Below are positions 59,100-64,000 of a stretch of DNA of 64,000 nucleotides, piece by piece. This stretch comes from Candidatus Binataceae bacterium (lineage in GTDB: Bacteria; Desulfobacterota; Binatia; Binatales; Binataceae). The notes beneath the pieces were generated by a model, which searched no databases, was not told the DNA's origin, and worked only from the letters and a program-made list of their open reading frames with translations. Both the position numbers and the translations under genes were made by a program. Location of the stretch: NCBI GenBank assembly GCA_030041155.1, contig JASHOJ010000187.1, forward strand, positions 1,446-65,445. Reading direction: 5' to 3'. The first letter of the stretch is position 1. Each line of letters starts with the position of its first letter.

Positions 59100-60926
59100 A
59101 TGAGAAAAAAGCCTTTGCCAACGGAAAGGCGCATCTTGCGGCCCGGTCCACCCAACAGAGACATCAGGGATCAGGTTAGCCTTGACGTGTGGGGATTTTG
59201 CGACACGCATTTCGAATTCAAGTCTTCGGGCGCGGTCGAACTTGCTGGAGATCGTTACGCTCTCAGCGGGCACGAGCTTCCAGCTTTGAAACCTTGGATG
59301 TCCGGAATTCTGGGTGTTCCGCTGGACGGCAGCTCGCGGTTTGCGCCGGTATACCCGCCGGAGATTCCGGAGCCGATCCGTTCGTCGAATTTCTTGAAGG
59401 AGATAAATGGGTTCCTGACGGCAGACCAGCTCTCTGAGGATCCTGAAATCAGACTGCGTCACGGCCATGGCCACACGCAAGAAGAAATGTATGAGATCAA
59501 GCACGGACGACTTGACCGAATTCCAGACATCGTAGTCTTCCCGAGCGATGATAGGCAGGTGCGTCTGCTGGTCGAAGCAGCCGTTCGCCACAACGTATGC
59601 CTAATTCCCTACGGTGGAGGCACCAACGTTACAGGCGCGTTGCGATGTCCGTTGACCGAATCCCGAACCATCGTGTCAGTCGATATGGAGCGGATGAATC
59701 GCATTCTCTGGATCGATCCAATCAACAGAATGGCGCAAATCCAGGCGGGTGCTATCGGCCGTCAACTCGCCGCGCAACTTGCGGAGCACGGTTTCACGAT
59801 GGGCCACGAGCCTGACAGCATTGAATTTTCAACGCTGGGTGGATGGATAGCGACCAACGCCAGCGGCATGAAAAAGAATAAGTACGGCAATATTGAAGAT
59901 TTGGTGCTCGCTGTCGACGTCGTTACAGCGATGGGCGAGCTTAAAAGGACTTCCGTCCCTCCTCGCGAGTCCGTTGGGCCCGATCTCCGTCGCTCGATTT
60001 TCGGATCAGAGGGCAACTTTGGAATCATTACGTCGGCAGCGGTAAAAGTCTTTCCGTTGCCCGAGGTTCAGCTCTACGGCTCGGTCATCTTTCCATCGTT
60101 CGAAGAAGGATTCGATTTTTTGTACGAGCTGACTCAGCAAGGGGATCTACCTGCGAGCGTCCGCTTGGTTGACAATTTGCAATTCCAATTCAGCCAGGCC
60201 CTCAAACCGCGCGCCGCGGGATGGAAAGCCTATAAGAGTGCTGCCGAGCGACTCTTTGTCACGCGCATAAAACGATTTGACCCGGCGCGGATGGTGGCGT
60301 GCACTCTGGTGTTTGAGGGCACGAAGGACGAGGTCCAAAGACAACAGAATCTCGTCTATAGTCTTGCTCGCCGGCACGGCGGAATGGCAGCAGGAAGTGA
60401 AAATGGCGAGCGCGGCTATCAGCTCACCTTCAGCATCGCCTATATCCGCGACTTCGTGATGAACCACTACATCATAGCCGAGTCGTTCGAGACCTCAGTC
60501 GCTTGGAGCGACGCATTAAGGCTCTGCGAGAACGTCAAACGACGCGTCACCGAAGAACACCGGCGACGCGCGCTGCCTGGCAACCCGTTTATTACGTGCC
60601 GCATCACTCAACTCTACCAGACCGGAGTATGCGTCTATTTCTACTTCGCATTCTACTTCAAAGGCATAGAAAGACCGGCGCAAGTCTATCTTGACATCGA
60701 AGATGCCGCTCGCGATGAGATACTGAAGTCGGGAGGGTCCCTTTCCCATCATCACGGCATCGGCAAGCTCAGAAGAAAGTTCGTGCCGCGGATAATGTCG
60801 GCGCCCTCGCTTTACTGGAATTCCGAGCTCAAGAGGGCGATTGATCCAACCAACGTGTTTGGATGCGGCAATTTGGATCCGGCGCCGACGAAAGACGAGC
60901 TTGCAAGCTCGGCCCGTCAACTTTAA
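59100..60926 (+). CDS. Alkyl-dihydroxyacetonephosphate synthase (AGPS)-like FAD enzyme
   Basis: IPYGGGTNV, GHEPDSIEFSTLGGWIATNASGMKKNKYGNIEDLV, TQLYQTGVCVYFYF and GGSLSHHHGIGK. Confidence 0.9.
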   Translation: MRKKPLPTERRILRPGPPNRDIRDQVSLDVWGFCDTHFEFKSSGAVELAGDRYALSGHELPALKPWMSGILGVPLDGSSRFAPVYPPEIPEPIRSSNFLKEINGFLTADQLSEDPEIRLRHGHGHTQEEMYEIKHGRLDRIPDIVVFPSDDRQVRLLVEAAVRHNVCLIPYGGGTNVTGALRCPLTESRTIVSVDMERMNRILWIDPINRMAQIQAGAIGRQLAAQLAEHGFTMGHEPDSIEFSTLGGWIATNASGMKKNKYGNIEDLVLAVDVVTAMGELKRTSVPPRESVGPDLRRSIFGSEGNFGIITSAAVKVFPLPEVQLYGSVIFPSFEEGFDFLYELTQQGDLPASVRLVDNLQFQFSQALKPRAAGWKAYKSAAERLFVTRIKRFDPARMVACTLVFEGTKDEVQRQQNLVYSLARRHGGMAAGSENGERGYQLTFSIAYIRDFVMNHYIIAESFETSVAWSDALRLCENVKRRVTEEHRRRALPGNPFITCRITQLYQTGVCVYFYFAFYFKGIERPAQVYLDIEDAARDEILKSGGSLSHHHGIGKLRRKFVPRIMSAPSLYWNSELKRAIDPTNVFGCGNLDPAPTKDELASSARQL

Positions 60927-60947
60927 CGTCGGACCTTCAGGAGATTC

Positions 60948-62435
60948 ATGGAACCGTCCGGACGCGGCGCCTCGACTCTCACACGTATGGAAGCCCTTGA
61001 CGAAGCAAACTCGAGAGAAACGTGTATTGGCGGTCGTTCCGCGCCGAAACCGCGGGGCATCAGTTGGGCAATCCGGCAGCCCAATGGAACGGCTGTTATC
61101 CGGCTCTTTGGTTATGTCGTCGCGAAGGTGCTTCGCCGCGCCGCGGATTCGGTAACCGTCGACTTGGCCTCATTTGAATCAGCTTTGACGCGAGTTCCCG
61201 AGGGAACGCTAGTGGTTATCGCACCGTCCCATCGAAGCTACATGGATTTTCTGCTGTGCTCGTATCTCTTCTTCGATCAGCCGCAATTGGGCGTTGCGAT
61301 ACCCCACATCGCTGCTGCGGAAGAGTTCTCGCGCATACCCGTCATTGGCCGGCTTTTTGAGAAGGCTCAGGCGTTTTTCGTCAAGCGCGGCATGCGGCGC
61401 AAGGATTACGCAGAATTGAGAGAGCGCATCGCCGACCTGGTTAAACGTCGCCAGACATTGCAGGTGTTCATAGAAGGTACGCGAAGCCGCTCTCGTCAAT
61501 TCTTACGGCCGAAGCACGGCCTTCTTAGATGCCTTCAGGAAACCGGACAGCCCGCGACGATTCTGCCGGTAGCGCTCAGCTATGACCGTGTAACGGAAGA
61601 GGCAAGTTTCCTTCGCGAACTTGCGGGCCGCTCGAAGCCAAAGATGAGACTTCGCACCCTCTCGATATGGACCACTCGTCTAATGCGAGGAAAGATAAAG
61701 ATTGGGCGCGTTCACATCGCATGCGGTACACCGATCATGTTGGACGAGTTTGCCCGACTGAGAGATGTCGCCGAAGCAATCAACGGTCAACTTCAAGCGC
61801 AAACAGTGACCACCACGCTTCATCTCGGGTCTTTTCTCAAGGCTAATCAAATTGACGGCGACTTGGACTGGCTCTCATCAATGCTCAAGCTAAGGGGTGG
61901 ACAGGTCCTAACAAGCGAAAGCGATTTCGGCCGGGCCATTTCGCCTCTGCTTGAAAGATGTATGAGATACCATTGGATTCACCTGTTCTATGCAGAAGCT
62001 CGCACCCTATTTCCCGACAACGCTGCAATCCAGCATCATATTTCCCTGAATGGTTATCTCCAAAGCCCAGCCTTGACCGAACTACCACCTTCCGCTGATC
62101 CGCGGGTTCTCCAGTTGTTGCACGCACTGTTCGAGCCGATCTGCCAGAATTACGTGATGGTCATCGACAGCCTGGGAAAGCCTGGCGATTCGTTAGAGGG
62201 CATCAACGCCGCCAGTGTCCTTTTGAAAAATCCTTCTTCCTTTCTGCCCGACATAGAAGCTGCGTTTGATGCCCTGGTGAAGCGCAGAATTCTAGCGCAT
62301 GCGCAAGAACCGCGGAGCTACCGATGGGGCCGATGCGCCCCAGAGCTCGCGGACTTCAGACGCTCTTGCGTGTTCCGCTATCCCTTGATGGCGGTGGACG
62401 GTGCTCCTCGCCAGACGGAGGAATCCGAAGCCTAG
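60948..62435 (+). CDS. DHAP/glycerol-3-phosphate acyltransferase (GNPAT/PlsB-like)
   Basis: Acyltransferase blocks SHRSYMDF, AFFVKR, FIEGTRSRS and PVALSYD. Confidence 0.85.
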   Translation: MEPSGRGASTLTRMEALDEANSRETCIGGRSAPKPRGISWAIRQPNGTAVIRLFGYVVAKVLRRAADSVTVDLASFESALTRVPEGTLVVIAPSHRSYMDFLLCSYLFFDQPQLGVAIPHIAAAEEFSRIPVIGRLFEKAQAFFVKRGMRRKDYAELRERIADLVKRRQTLQVFIEGTRSRSRQFLRPKHGLLRCLQETGQPATILPVALSYDRVTEEASFLRELAGRSKPKMRLRTLSIWTTRLMRGKIKIGRVHIACGTPIMLDEFARLRDVAEAINGQLQAQTVTTTLHLGSFLKANQIDGDLDWLSSMLKLRGGQVLTSESDFGRAISPLLERCMRYHWIHLFYAEARTLFPDNAAIQHHISLNGYLQSPALTELPPSADPRVLQLLHALFEPICQNYVMVIDSLGKPGDSLEGINAASVLLKNPSSFLPDIEAAFDALVKRRILAHAQEPRSYRWGRCAPELADFRRSCVFRYPLMAVDGAPRQTEESEA

Positions 62436-63471
62436 ACTGAAGTTGTGCGCTGAGGGTCCGCAGAGTATGTGGCGATGAGGGCCGCCCTTTCTGCTCGATC
62501 TGTCTCACCGCTTCGACAATACCTTCGTTGATTGGAGTAGAACATCCGCGCTGTATTCCGCGGCGAACAATCTCACCATTTAGGTAGTCGATCTCGATCG
62601 GCCGTCCCCGTTCAATCGCGTAGAGCATCGATGATCGCATGCGCCGGAATTTGAAGCCGACCGCAAGCAGAGCTGCGTGCTTGAGCAAGAGCGACAATGC
62701 GAACCGAGCGCTCCTCTCGCGTGGTTTCATAGCAACCTTGTCGATTGCTAGCGTTCCGGCGACTGGTTGCATCTCAATCCCCTCAAGCCGGGCAATTTGG
62801 GCAACCTCGGCGAATACTTCTAATGCTAATCGACGCACGCTCGCGTACCTGAGCAATCTGCCAAGTGCTTCGCCACCAATTGCTCCGAACGGACTCGTAA
62901 CGCAGTTGATCGCAAGCTTGGACCATCGAACACCGCGCAAGTCGTCTACAACTTCAACTTCCGAGACCGCGCGCAGAACTTCGGCGATCCTTTCCGGTGA
63001 GGGACACGAAGCCGACGTCCCGCCGATCTGGAGGCGGCCCTTCGACGTACGCCGATAGCGGCCCGGCTGATCCATCGCGGCACCCCATCCGACGACGCAG
63101 CCGATAACGCGCTCGCCGGCTATCGCGATCGCGCGTTCCTCGGCCAGGCCGTTCTGGCATGTAACCACGATGCCGTCCGGTGCCAGCGTCGGCAGTACGT
63201 CCCGAAGCGAGGTTTCCAGCGCGATCGCGGGCGTGGCTGAGATCACAAGGTCGAACGGCGCAGTGGCTTGTTGCGGAGTCGCGATTGGCGCCTGGCAAGG
63301 TGAGATCGTCTCTGCGGGGCCATCAAGCTCCGCCAGGCGGAAGCCCTCGCGTTGCAGTGCTGTCTCTATATTTGGGTTTTTGACGATCGGGGTAATGTCA
63401 TAGCCCGCGCGAGTCAGCCGCGCGGCAATCACTCCTCCGACCGCACCGCACCCAAGAACCGCTATTCGCAT
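62356..63471 (-). CDS. panE: Ketopantoate reductase-family protein
   Basis: MRIAVLGCGAVGG, QNGL, WSKLAIN and SSMLYAIERGRPIEIDYLNG; start refined to 63471. Confidence 0.75.
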   Translation of the reverse strand: MRIAVLGCGAVGGVIAARLTRAGYDITPIVKNPNIETALQREGFRLAELDGPAETISPCQAPIATPQQATAPFDLVISATPAIALETSLRDVLPTLAPDGIVVTCQNGLAEERAIAIAGERVIGCVVGWGAAMDQPGRYRRTSKGRLQIGGTSASCPSPERIAEVLRAVSEVEVVDDLRGVRWSKLAINCVTSPFGAIGGEALGRLLRYASVRRLALEVFAEVAQIARLEGIEMQPVAGTLAIDKVAMKPRERSARFALSLLLKHAALLAVGFKFRRMRSSMLYAIERGRPIEIDYLNGEIVRRGIQRGCSTPINEGIVEAVRQIEQKGRPSSPHTLRTLSAQLQSRLRIPPSGEEHRPPPSRDSGTRKSV

Positions 63472-63698
63472 CAGATTGGTGCAGGTTAGCCCTCGGCCGC
63501 CTGCAATGGAATCAAGAACGACGCCTCTTCGATCGAGGTGAATCGCTCGCTCCATCTCGCGCAGCGCGCAGCCGCCCGGCGCGCAACAAGGAGACGGGTT
63601 CGAAGTTGATTTGAGAAGCGTTGGAGCAGGCAATCTGTTACTTGAAGTACCAGTTGTCGTGCCATGAAGGCTCATCGTGCGTGGGATGATGTAACCCC

Positions 63699-64000
63699 CT
63701 AATCAAGGCCGCGAGTGGCGATCACTTCCTTAGCCGGCGAGCGGTCTCCGGTGCAGTTGATCATCCGCGGCGCATCGATAAGACGAAGGCGGAATCCTAG
63801 CTCTCTGTAGAGCAGGATAATCCTATCGGTTGCTTGATTGGAAAGGACCGCGGGGCCTTTATGCCGCGCTATTCACTCGGCCAGGCGAACCTGATCCTTC
63901 CAGTCGAATCTTTCTTTCGAGTAAGACCTGAATTCCACGTCATAAGGCGGGTCAGCATAGATGAAGTCGTCTGGCAAGGTCACAAGCTTATCGAAGTCGC
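63699..64000 (-). pseudogene. Dam-family (D12) adenine methyltransferase 3' part with in-frame TGA
   Basis: Manual translation DFIYADPPYDVEF...QVRLAE*IARHKGPAVLSNQATDRII...EVIATRGLD; stop at 63873-63875. Confidence 0.75.

Noticed and set aside
62356..63471. Ketopantoate reductase-like gene as the alkyl-DHAP reductase of the ether-lipid pathway
   Set aside because: Convergent orientation and standard PanE-family motifs; adjacency is the only support

Overview
Positions 1 to about 49,235 look like one integrative conjugative element (ICE) in a high-GC bacterial genome. A tyrosine integrase, missed by the ORF track, runs off the left edge. It is followed by an excisionase, ssb, a MOBF relaxase with a TrwB-type coupling protein, a P-type trb mating-pair operon, an ImmA/ImmR-like switch, ardC and a BrnTA pair. 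The right boundary is marked by an isolated 3' half of tRNA-Thr(CGT) with integrase arm-type repeats. The cargo (about 22-49 kb) is a dense defence-like island: (i) an orphan DndB, PC4, PLD-SNF2 helicase, N6-MTase and RecD-like helicase-nuclease operon; (ii) a translationally coupled C2H2-finger, coiled-coil and atypical Hsp70 triad; (iii) FRG, a probable TIM barrel and a PD-(D/E)xK-like protein; (iv) MerR-like HTH, N6-MTase and a putative nuclease; (v) lone HEPN and small alarmone synthetase genes. Two homologous, hairpin-rich non-coding elements of about 235 bp sit upstream of the ssb operon and of ardC. Right of the att site is a short decayed second island, then chromosomal-looking genes including a eukaryote-like alkyl-DHAP synthase and DHAP acyltransferase pair, and a Dam-family gene with an in-frame stop. 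All calls come from motif recognition by eye; no database searches were run, so novelty claims need checking.
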